DNA from: a virus
Taxonomy: Duplodnaviria > Caudoviricetes
IMG/VR virus record: IMGVR_UViG_3300047539_000078
Span: 78,019 to 142,018 of that record
Strand: one strand, 5' to 3'
Length of the DNA: 64,000 bases
Shown: positions 23,001 to 32,060 of the stretch, piece after piece
Layout: every line of letters starts with the position of its first letter
How positions within the stretch are numbered: position 1 is the stretch's first letter
Notes under the pieces: generated by a model
Database searches by the model: none
What the model was told of the DNA's origin: nothing
What the model saw: only the letters and a program-made list of their open reading frames with translations
Position numbers and translations under genes: made by a program

Positions 23001-26000
23001 CCGACAACTGTACTCCCTGGATTTTGCCGACGCTCTGCCAGACGAACCCGCGACCTTCCGCAAAATAGAAGGCGGTGTCCCAATTGGAGGACCATGAAAG
23101 GACTTCCCGGTGGCTCCCGGTCCATGTGGGGGTGCCACGGTAATGCCACTTTTCGTCGTACGCGCCGCTGTAGTGCGGTTCCCCACGGTATATGCACTTA
23201 CCGCCAAAAGCATTCGGCACGAACGGCGGGATGGTCTTGAGTATCGGAGCCAGTTTTTCGATGGGAGCATCGGGGACTTGCACATAGTCCACGACCATAT
23301 TCCAAAGCTCGTCGTCCTCGGCGATCTGGCGGCAAGCCTTGTCGTACTTGCTTTCAGCGGCGGTCTTGTACACGCTTCTGATTTGGCTCGGCTTGAAGAC
23401 CACCCATGTATCCCCGTCCCAAAGATCATCGAGTTCCGGATCGGACGTGATGCGGAGCCCGTCGTACCCGTTGCCCGCATCCATGAGCAGTTGTCCGTTT
23501 TCAAGTTGTCCGTTCAGGTATTCCGACGGGGAGATGGTCAACGGACGCTTGACGGACAATTGGACGGGGTGTACGTTGCTGCCCTCATCCTTGCCGGTGT
23601 ACTTGCTGGCGACATCCGGGTTGGCGGTAAAGAAAATCCCCTCTTCGCCAGACTTGAATTTTTCGAACTGGTGGATCGTGCCGTGATACACGGTCAAGGG
23701 GTTTCCTTGGGCATCGACGACCTTGGAACCGGCGAACCATTTGGGGTCTGCGGCACCGGCCTTGCGGTTCGGCGAGTACAGATTAGCCTTGTATTCGATC
23801 CGCTCCTCGAATGCGTTGCTTTCCAATGCCGTGTGGATTCTTGACAGGGCGCGGTCTAGGTGATTAGCGGCTTCTTCATAGTCCCCTGCCGCTGCCTCGG
23901 CTTCCGCATATATCATATCTCCGTTGGAATACTTGACGCGCTCATTCAGATAGTCAGAAATTCCTGGGCCGCTCTTCGTCTTTGCCAACGCCGTGAAGTC
24001 CTTGATGATGGTCACCATCTTGGGAAGCATCTGGACGTAGAGACGCCGGACTGCTATCGGGTTCTCATCCTTGCTGGAGTCAAACCACGCCTTGCGGGCG
24101 TCCATGTTGATGATTTCGTTGTGCATAGCGTACAGGCGCGAGTATGCATCCGCATCGCCAGCGGAGGCGGTCTTCTTCCCATGCTCAGTGTCAGCCGCGT
24201 CGTACACATCCACACGTATGACGGCTTCCGGCGGTACCAAGCCCGTACCCCGCCACAGGTCGCCTTCGACGTTCTTCAACCCCGACTTGATCTGGTCCAA
24301 TACGACCACGGCGAACTCGCCTTCAAAGTGTGTCCCGTGGTTATTGGGGTTCCACACTCTGCCGCAGCCTGTGAGGCACCCGTAGTACAGGGCGTCGTTG
24401 ATGTCGGTAGTGGCGTAGACTTCCTTGCTCTGGGACCACAAACCGTTCACGCGGATCGCCTCTGCGGCCTCCAAGCTGGTTCCGTGGTAAAGCTCGCCAG
24501 CGGAAGCGGTCTTGATCCCAAGCGGCACTGGCGTCTGCTTCTTGTCCTTCGACGAGAGTACGACCTCGTCTACCTGGAAGCTGATGCCCTCGAAGGCGTT
24601 GGAATTGCGGTAGCGCTCCGCGACCTCCGGCTTGACGAACGCGATGGTCACGTGCGGGGCGAATTCGAAATCCTCGGGGCGGTTTCCGAGGAACTTGTCG
24701 ACGACGCCGTGAAGCGCCGTGAGCTGCGGTGCTTGGACTAGTGCTACGATTGGGCACGTGCCCTTGCTGCTGGCACTCGGCTGGAAGACCTGTAGGCGGC
24801 CAAGCGTGGCTGTGAAAGGTGGCTGGTCGCGCAGGGCTCCCCCAAGCTTCTCCGCGTTTTCCTCGACGCCGTAGCGGACGGTGATATGCGGGGTTTTCTC
24901 GCGTCCATCCCCGGCCAGGTCGTCGTCGGGGATTGTGGAATTCCCCAGTTCAATGATTTTCTTCGCGGCTTCATCCGGCAGGTTGATGAGGACTATGGCT
25001 TGGGCTGCGGCGGTCTTGCTCTCTGCGGTCTTTCCAGCCGTGATGGTGATCGGACCTTCAGGGGACGGGTCCTCCCATCCTACGTTCGGGTCCTTCAGGA
25101 TTCCGGTGAGCATGATCTGTGCGCCGTCCTTGAGGCGGCACTCGTCCTCATCATCCCCAATGGATGGGTGGAGGTTTACGGACAGCGTCATATCCCAGTC
25201 CACCATGCTTGGGCTGGCGATATCCGCAGCAAGCGTCACATGATCGCCACGGGTTCCCCAGTGGGCTTCGGCTTTGTCTTCCGTCCACGACCAGAACACC
25301 CCGGCACCCGTCGTCTTCAGCGTTTGCCCTTTGGCGATTGAAATCTGCCGATAGACGGTGAGCGGAAAATCTATGGAGCGGTATATGCTCACTCTTTTGT
25401 CGTACTCGTATTCTAAGGAATCATGCGCCAACCGGAGGACTTGCTTCTCCTGCTGCGCCGGTGTCAGGGATTCGAAGTTCGGAACGCTTTCATCGGCGTA
25501 TTCGGCGAAATATCTCAACCCGTCGCCCAAGTCGGCGAGGAGTTTCTTCAGCCCTCCCTGTCTCTTCACCCATGCGTCGAAGTTCGGGAAGTTCGGTGCC
25601 GCCAATCCCTTCTTCAGCAAACCCGACTTGAATGCAGCCGTGATGGCCGGATTCTTCGGGTCGAACTTCCCGGCGTTGCCGATGGCGCTCTTGACTTTGG
25701 TCGGGTCCCAGATGATGTAGTGCTTGGTGCCCCACTCCATCTCCATGGGCTTACCCCAACGGGCGGGCGTGCCGAACTCGCTGTAGGCGTCCTGGATGAT
25801 GCCGTCGAAGCCCATCTCCCGGTACACATCGGCTATGAAACTGCTCTGCGCCTGGTTCCCTTCGTTATCCTCAAAGGAGTATTCACCGTTGCGTACAGCC
25901 TTTTCAAAATCCCAGGCATTGAAAGACCCGCCGCTGTTATCGATGATATCGCCCCACGCTTTTTGAACATCGGCGCTGTCGTATCCCGTCGCGGCGCGGT

Positions 26001-27142
26001 TCATCGCGTGGTACAGTTCAAGTCCGTTGCCTGAATCCTCACTGTCGTCGTCTTCGGCGATTTGAACCTCAAACATAGTGCCGCCGTTCTGTTGGACGAT
26101 GACTGGGTTTTGGATGCTGAGATACACGGGCAAGGTCATGCCTTGACTATGCCCGGCGATCTCAGTTGCAGCCTTTTCCTTTGCTTTGTTGTAAAGCTTT
26201 TGGTACTCGGACTCTGGGTCGCTGCTCCACTTCGGTGTATTTCCCGTACCGTCTTCATCTTCCCAGTTGCTCATGATCTCCTCGGCACGGTGCTCAATGC
26301 GGGAGGTAATGTCCGGACCTGTCTTAGTCGCGTAGTTCTCGCTCACGTCGTACCGGGAGGATGTGAAGTACAGCCCCTTGCCGTAGTAGTTCTCCGCATT
26401 CGTCTTGTCCGGGTCGAACGCCTCGAAGTCGTGCGTCGTGCCGTGGTAGACCACCAACGGCTTGCCGTCCTCGTCGCGCACCTTGGACTTGCCGAACCAC
26501 TGCTTGAAATTCTTGGTCTGCACCGCTGGCTTTTTTGCTTAGGTTTTGGCTGGAGAAGCTTCGGCTTAACCTTGGCTTAGGCTTTGACTTCGTCTTCGGT
26601 TGCTCCGGCTGTGTCGCAGGCTCGTCACGCTGCAGCACATCCTCGTCTTCATCCCGTTCGGGGAACTGCTGCGAGACCTCGGGGATTTCCGGTGCGATTT
26701 GCGTGGGAGATGCGGCGGTCTTCGATGTCCGGTTTTCCTCCACGGTTGCGCGGAAGTCCTCGATCGGGAATTGCTCTACCGCGCCGAGGCGTTCGTCCTT
26801 CCAGCTCTTGGGGTAGTGCTTCAGGTACAGGCTGGTGGCCTCATCAGCGGAGTCTGCACCCAAAACGCACTTGTATTCATCCGTCGTGCCATCCTCGTTT
26901 AATTGTTCTATGATATATGCATTGGGGGCATTCTCATTTGGTCCGATGTAGACATCCAAAGGCTCTTCGTCTCTTCCTAACGGAGCTTCATCCGCATCGG
27001 TTCCGATAAAGCCGTAATCCACGACCATCACGCGCTTCCAGGATTTGCCGTCTTTGTCTTCACCCTCACGGATGGAGCCTTCAGGCCACTCTACGACGAC
27101 GGGAATCCCTTGAAATGTTTTCTTTGTGTGCTCTGGCTTCAT
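12245..27142 (-). CDS. Giant polyvalent protein / effector polyprotein (~4,900 aa if frameshifts at ~26535, ~22255, ~20960 and ~13490 are corrected)
   Basis: Five consecutive ORFs (272, 1453, 426, 2523, 450 aa). Three junctions fall inside a domain (AVAYA|LETGAVRV, WAWWL|LPRGYC..MGHCG, NILTGHT|..ISDYAAN) and one in a K/P-rich linker; no clear RBS at the internal starts. Confidence 0.8.
15939..16268 (-). other. Polyprotein module: GNAT acetyltransferase 2
   Basis: LWIDMFELKPEDRGKGGG ... SAGFWEKMGF. Confidence 0.8.
16710..17567 (-). other. Polyprotein module: SprT-like zincin metallopeptidase 2
   Basis: VLAHELCH ... GHGPSW; paralogous to zincin 1 (K.N.KYG.DFV..HSD). Confidence 0.8.
18156..18566 (-). 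other. Polyprotein module: GNAT acetyltransferase 1
   Basis: IEVEPNHRRQGIGSVLY ... S.DAQNFW. Confidence 0.8.
19090..19598 (-). other. Polyprotein module: SprT-like zincin metallopeptidase 1
   Basis: VLAHEICH ... SHMGPW. Confidence 0.75.
22402..22872 (-). other. Polyprotein module: Nudix hydrolase
   Basis: WGTIGGAVKSGMSPEQSAKNELGEETG Nudix box. Confidence 0.85.
24514..25005 (-). other. Polyprotein module: 2H phosphoesterase, Acb1/T4 57B-like
   Basis: Two HxT motifs: PHITVRYG and APHVTIAF. Confidence 0.8.
25645..26523 (-). other. Polyprotein module: ART-PolyVal-type ADP-ribosyltransferase
   Basis: FKQWFGKSKV.DEDGKPLVVYHGT, GLYFT, VYLSIQNP, GFDGII, VKSAIGN.G.FD. Confidence 0.8.
26723..27142 (-). 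other. Polyprotein module: inorganic pyrophosphatase-like (InPase) domain
   Basis: E.P.GS.R.G.D.DG..W...M..DYG....D..PLDVYIGP....Y.I.Q....DE.K..LG. Confidence 0.8.
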
Positions 27143-27948
27143 TATGAGATATCCCAGTCTTTGCGTAACTGACGGACGGTAGTTCCCCAGTATCTTTTGA
27201 TGCGGGTACGTATGGCTTTTACGGACTTTAGGCCGAATTTTGCGGCTAGTTCGGGGAGTTCTAATCCTTCTCTGATGTAGGACTCCAGTGGTTCCTTAGC
27301 AATATGCGCATGCATAGACCCTTGGGGGCATTCCAGTCCCAGACCAAGGCGTGCGGGAATGGGGTTGGTGCCAAAATGGCGGACAGTTTCACGGCACAGT
27401 CTTGCTTTGGATATCCCCGTGCGCTTACGGATTTCTTTCATAGTCAACCCATCTCGGAAAAATTCCAGCAGTTCACATTTGCTTATCTGTGGAAACAATC
27501 TCAATCGGCTCGCTTGCTGACTTTTGCGAAGTTTAGCTCGATACTCAGATGAAGCCGCTCGTTTCAACGCCTTTTTGCTTATTTTCTCCTTTGCTTCCTC
27601 GGTCATTGGACCACCAAATCCGCCTTCATGGGCATTATACCCATTCGGCGTTAGCGTACCAAGGCTGGCAATGTAATGCCGTTCAAGGCTATCCAACTCT
27701 ATCTGAGTGTCGGCATAAGCCAGTACTCTTGTTTCAAAAGCGTTTGCCCCGTGCTTCAAAATAGCATTGTCTAGGATAGGCTGGTGCCCTGGGTTGGTTC
27801 TTAGATGGCGCAGCACCTCAGCCCATCGCACCTCTACCCCTCTGGTGGTTTGACCAACGTAGCCTTTTCCATTGACCGTGCATTGACGAAGATATACGGT
27901 ACCGTAGGGTTTGTCGGCTGCGGTGTGGTTTGGGTTGGTTCCAGGCAT
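27142..27948 (-). mobile_element. Free-standing GIY-YIG homing endonuclease
   Basis: GTVY...NGKGYVGQT..R, LE..YI, NGYN, NUMOD3-like MTEEAKEKIS, C-terminal HTH-like repeats; lower GC than flanks; stop overlaps the polyprotein ATG (TAATG). Confidence 0.85.
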
Positions 27949-28063
27949 CTTCGGACGGGCTCCGCCCTCAATTATGCGCCCCAAAGTCGGAAAAACGGGT
28001 ATTATACCGCATGCCGTCCCGTAGACCAGTTAGTTCAACAATACACTATCAAATCTATGGATA

Positions 28064-29341
28064 GTGAAACGGAGATATCCCACCTTGGCTAAGAAACCAA
28101 CAAGAGCCGCATCGAGAACCGTCCTTCTTTCGGAAATCAAGCGTATCGCCAAGCAGTTCCCGGACGCGGAAATCACCCGCGACTTCTTCCGGGCGAACTC
28201 CAAATACGAACGGGCCATCTACACATACTGGCCGAGCTTCCCCGCGTTCGCTATGGCTGCAGGCGTAAAGGTAGTAACCCCCCCGACGCCCGCCGTACCA
28301 CCCGCGCCTGCCGTCCCGATGTCGCCGGAGCAGAAGGTCGAACTTGAAAAAGACAAGATGAAGGCCAAGAAGGACGACCTGGCATCCAAGGTCAAGGTCC
28401 TGACGGAGCAGAATCTGCGCCTTGAGGGCGAACTGCTGGACGTGTTTTCCATTCGCGACCACACGCCCCAAGTCACGATCATCGTGCCGAAGGTAAGCTC
28501 CGGTACATCTGAATCCGTCGCCGTGTTCGTCGCCTCCGATTGGCACGTCGAGGAGAACGTAGAACCGGGAACAGTCGGCTTCCGTAATGAGTTCAACCTG
28601 GAAATCGCTGATATTCGCATCCAGAATTTCTTCAAGGGCTCTTTCCGCCTGTTTGACATCCTGCGCCGGGACACCACCATCAAGACCGTCATCCTGGCGC
28701 TCCTAGGCGATTTCATCACGAACACGATCCACGAGGACTTGCAGGAAAGCAACAACCTGATGCCCGGCGATGCCATCTACTTCGCCGAGAACAAGATCGT
28801 CTCCGGCATCTATTTCCTGCTTGAACAGTGCCCCAAGGATGTGACGTTCCTGATCGTTTGCCACAGCGGCAACCACGGGCGCATGACCAAGAAGCAGCGC
28901 GGCACCACGGAAGCCGGAAACTCTCTTGAGCACTATATGTACTACCATCTGCGGGACTTCTTCAAGGGCGAAGAACGCATCAAGTTCCAGATCGCGGAAG
29001 GCTACCACTCGTTGGTTCGCCTTTTCGACAACCACTATACGATCCGCTTCCACCACGGTCATTCCATCAACTACGGCGGCGGCGTTGGCGGCATCACCAT
29101 ACCGGTCCTCAAGGCCATCGACAAGTGGAACACCGGGGACAAGTTCATCAACCTCGATGTATTCGGCCACTTCCACCAGTTCATCGACTACGGGAATTTT
29201 GTTGCAAATGGCTCGCTGATAGGGCAAAATGATTTTGCGGTCAGAATCAAGGCCGCGTTCGAGAAGCCCCAGCAGGCGTTCTTCCTGGTCAACAAGAAGT
29301 GGAACAGCAAGACCATGGTGACGCCCGTATTCTTGGATTAA
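28064..29341 (+). CDS. Calcineurin-like metallophosphoesterase with N-terminal helical/coiled-coil region
   Basis: SDWH, LGD, GNHG, HHGH, GHFH motifs. Confidence 0.85.
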   Translation: MKRRYPTLAKKPTRAASRTVLLSEIKRIAKQFPDAEITRDFFRANSKYERAIYTYWPSFPAFAMAAGVKVVTPPTPAVPPAPAVPMSPEQKVELEKDKMKAKKDDLASKVKVLTEQNLRLEGELLDVFSIRDHTPQVTIIVPKVSSGTSESVAVFVASDWHVEENVEPGTVGFRNEFNLEIADIRIQNFFKGSFRLFDILRRDTTIKTVILALLGDFITNTIHEDLQESNNLMPGDAIYFAENKIVSGIYFLLEQCPKDVTFLIVCHSGNHGRMTKKQRGTTEAGNSLEHYMYYHLRDFFKGEERIKFQIAEGYHSLVRLFDNHYTIRFHHGHSINYGGGVGGITIPVLKAIDKWNTGDKFINLDVFGHFHQFIDYGNFVANGSLIGQNDFAVRIKAAFEKPQQAFFLVNKKWNSKTMVTPVFLD

Positions 29342-29350
29342 AGGACTATC

Positions 29351-29563
29351 ATGGCTGAAATTGTGTTCATGGGAACAATGGAAATCTTCGGGGACCCCAT
29401 ATTCGTGGTGTCCAAAACCAAGGTCGGGGCTCAGCGGGCGCTGTTCAAGTACTACCGCGACTACCCGGACCGCACCACCGATTTCAAGACATGGGCGGAA
29501 TTTGAGGATCAGTTCGGTCCTTGGATTATCTCGGGTGCTTGGGACCAGATCATGCATCCGTAA
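29351..29563 (+). CDS. Hypothetical protein
   Basis: AAGGA RBS, 70 aa. Confidence 0.55.
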   Translation: MAEIVFMGTMEIFGDPIFVVSKTKVGAQRALFKYYRDYPDRTTDFKTWAEFEDQFGPWIISGAWDQIMHP

Positions 29564-29571
29564 GAGGCGTT

Positions 29572-29913
29572 ATGAGCGAGTATGTGTGCGGAAGCTGCTA
29601 CAAGCTTGTCGATGCGAGCCGAGGCTTCAATCATGAAGACGGCTGTCCGAGAATAGAACGAACCGTGTTCATCATCGTGGAGACGGCTGCCGGACCTACT
29701 GGCGCAGTCCACACCTACGCGAGAGAGACGGAGTTCCGCCATATCCGCAAGGGCGACCGTTTCGTCTTCAATGAAGAGTCGTACGTGAACCCGCTGGCCC
29801 CCGATGCGAAGGTGTACACCGCCACCGGCGATGCCTATCCGTTCCCCAAGGTTGTCCTCGACAACGGTATAACGTACGACTCCCCAAGCAACTTTGCCGT
29901 GGATGTAGACTAG
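29572..29913 (+). CDS. Hypothetical protein with N-terminal CxxC..H...C
   Basis: GAGG RBS; CGSC..HEDGCP. Confidence 0.55.
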   Translation: MSEYVCGSCYKLVDASRGFNHEDGCPRIERTVFIIVETAAGPTGAVHTYARETEFRHIRKGDRFVFNEESYVNPLAPDAKVYTATGDAYPFPKVVLDNGITYDSPSNFAVDVD

Positions 29914-30113
29914 CAGGCGTGGCGCTTCATCGCCGCACGGCTGTGGAGCTGGGTGTCGCACCCCTTGCAGAAGCGACGCCCCATCGTGCCGAGGCGGCGG
30001 CTCAACTGGTGAGCCACCAACCCGGCGTAGTTCCCCCACTTGGAATGCGAGATTTTGTGCGTCCCCTTCCCGAGCTTGCGACCCTTCTTCCCCTTCTTTC
30101 GTGTTGCTTCCAT
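29910..30113 (-). CDS. Small basic protein with C2H2-like zinc finger
   Basis: AAGGAG RBS; FCKGCDTQLHSRAAMKRHAC. Confidence 0.55.
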   Translation of the reverse strand: MEATRKKGKKGRKLGKGTHKISHSKWGNYAGLVAHQLSRRLGTMGRRFCKGCDTQLHSRAAMKRHAC

Positions 30114-30123
30114 GACTTCTCCT

Positions 30124-30693
30124 TTAGTCCCACCAATCGAGTAAGCGCTTGCGAATCATGTTGCTCAAATACACCACATCCGCATCCTTCTGGGCGTTCT
30201 CCTTCTTAAAGAGCCGTGCGAACTCCTCCGCCTCCAGCTTGATTTCGGCCTCCGTCACGGCCTTTTCCTTCGAGATCGCCACTGCGGTGGTGAGGAGGCG
30301 TCCGTCCTTGTCCCAGCTATGCGGGATGTGTTCGACGTGCGTTTTGCCCCATTTTGCGTTGTGCTGTGCCTGCGGGATGTCGGCGTAGGCGTCCTCGTGG
30401 ATTCTCTTGCAGAGTGCCGCAGCGAGACGCAGTTCTGCGGCGCGTGATGACGAACTTGTGGAATGGCCGTGCCGGGTGTGGTATTCCGCCATGCGGCGGA
30501 ACTTGAACTCCCACAAGGCGAGCAGGAATGCGTGATCCCAGTCGCGGTCGAACCAGATGACGGGGAGATACAGCCACAGGTTTATCAGGCCGTATTTGAC
30601 ACAGCGGAATGGGTAGATAACGTCCGTCCAGATTTTTGACGAACGTTCACGGATGTCCCGAAAAAGGGATAGCAGCATGGAGTAACAATTCAT
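30124..30693 (-). CDS. Hypothetical phage protein
   Basis: NLW.YLPVIW.DRDWD..FL motif, ends in WWD. Confidence 0.7.
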   Translation of the reverse strand: MNCYSMLLSLFRDIRERSSKIWTDVIYPFRCVKYGLINLWLYLPVIWFDRDWDHAFLLALWEFKFRRMAEYHTRHGHSTSSSSRAAELRLAAALCKRIHEDAYADIPQAQHNAKWGKTHVEHIPHSWDKDGRLLTTAVAISKEKAVTEAEIKLEAEEFARLFKKENAQKDADVVYLSNMIRKRLLDWWD

Positions 30694-30960
30694 AGGTGTT
30701 GCCCCCTTGGCAACTAATGACCTGTGATGTTAATTTCCATGTGCCTCCTTGTTGAGACTGGTGAGATGACTACTAGACCATAATACCACTTCAGTAGGGA
30801 TTTTGGAAGTCAATTTTACCGGCGAGTGTAGACGTATACGAGGAAAGCAAGCAAGAGAATCCCGCAGAGACTGAAATACGCGAAAATTTCAAGTAGTGTT
30901 TTCATCCTTTCTCCTCATATGCTAAAGGATGCCACCGCTCGAAAATTTTTAGTTGGTGAT

Positions 30961-31356
30961 TTACTGAATCGTGGAACTTACCGGCTGTTCGTCTGAGGGA
31001 ACGCTTGGCGTCACTGGACTCGCTTCCGGCTTCGGTGCTTCAATCGGCTCGGCCTTGTAGCTGAACGTGATGGGCTCGTCTAGATTCTTGCCGTCGTCCT
31101 CTGCCGATGTCTCGGTCATGATGGAGACGCGCATCTCTCGGAATTGCTCGATGGTGCCGCGAGCGACGATAGCCTTGCCGCCCTGGGCGAGAAGCAATGC
31201 ACACACCAATGCGGACAGGCGGCTCTCGGATAGCTTGGACTTCTCCACCTGTTGAATCAGCGGGGCGGCCATCTTCTGGAATGCGCCCTCGGGGTCCATG
31301 ACGACTTCCTGCAATTGCTGGTGAAGTTGCTGGACGGTCTGCTGTGCCTCAAACAT
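30961..31356 (-). CDS. Hypothetical protein
   Basis: ORF with phage-like codon usage. Confidence 0.55.
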   Translation of the reverse strand: MFEAQQTVQQLHQQLQEVVMDPEGAFQKMAAPLIQQVEKSKLSESRLSALVCALLLAQGGKAIVARGTIEQFREMRVSIMTETSAEDDGKNLDEPITFSYKAEPIEAPKPEASPVTPSVPSDEQPVSSTIQ

Positions 31357-31413
31357 CTTCTTGCGGCGAGTGAATCCCGATCCCATTACTTTCCTCCCTT
31401 GGTGAACTGGATT

Positions 31414-31989
31414 TTAGGACCGAGACCGAAAGTCTTCTTGAGACGACGCTTTGTTCGGTACCGGGGGCGATCCCCCGTCGTGCATGTGACCAAAGACATC
31501 AAGGTTCACGTCAACCGCTGCGGTCTTGGGAGGGATTGATTGATCCCACACGCCCACGGGCAAATCGTTCAACGGCTTCACGGAGTTAGTGACTGGGGGC
31601 TTCGCCGGTGTTGCGGGGTCAACGAGCTGTGGAACGACCTTGCTGGCGGTCGGGTTGTACTTGCCGGTATCCGGATGCGGCTGGATGCCCTGCTCGATTA
31701 CGGAGTCGGCTGGCTTGACGGTGACTGTGGTAGCCCCGAAAGTTGGGTCCAGCTTCGGTCTCTCAGTGATCTTGGTCTCGAATTTCTCAGGGTCCTTGAC
31801 CTTTGGCGTCGTGGGTGTGGCCGTGTACGGCATGATCTTGGCGGCCTGCGTGGGATTGATGTAGAGTTCCCCGAGAATGGAGTTAGTGATGTGCATAGCG
31901 GTCATAGGCGAATTCTTCTTGAAGACTTGACCGTCAATGGTGAAAAAGTCACCGGGCTTCAAGGCAATCCATTTGTCCATGTTTCCCAT
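31414..31989 (-). CDS. Hypothetical Pro/Thr-rich protein
   Basis: AAGGA RBS; contains KTAA and GGSPP. Confidence 0.6.
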   Translation of the reverse strand: MGNMDKWIALKPGDFFTIDGQVFKKNSPMTAMHITNSILGELYINPTQAAKIMPYTATPTTPKVKDPEKFETKITERPKLDPTFGATTVTVKPADSVIEQGIQPHPDTGKYNPTASKVVPQLVDPATPAKPPVTNSVKPLNDLPVGVWDQSIPPKTAAVDVNLDVFGHMHDGGSPPVPNKASSQEDFRSRS

Positions 31990-32060
31990 GTTAGTCCTTT
32001 TAAGGAGCTAAGCCGGAGGCTACCTATTAAACCTACGGCCCGCTCCCCACTTCTGTGATA

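Noticed and set aside
26528-26540. A-AAA-AAG slippery heptamer at the InPase/ART junction
   Set aside because: It is phased in the downstream ORF's frame; joining the ORFs needs a net +1 shift, not -1
12305-26900. Long plus-strand ORFs (250-375 aa) opposite the polyprotein
   Set aside because: Antisense shadows of a GC3-rich gene; no motifs or RBS
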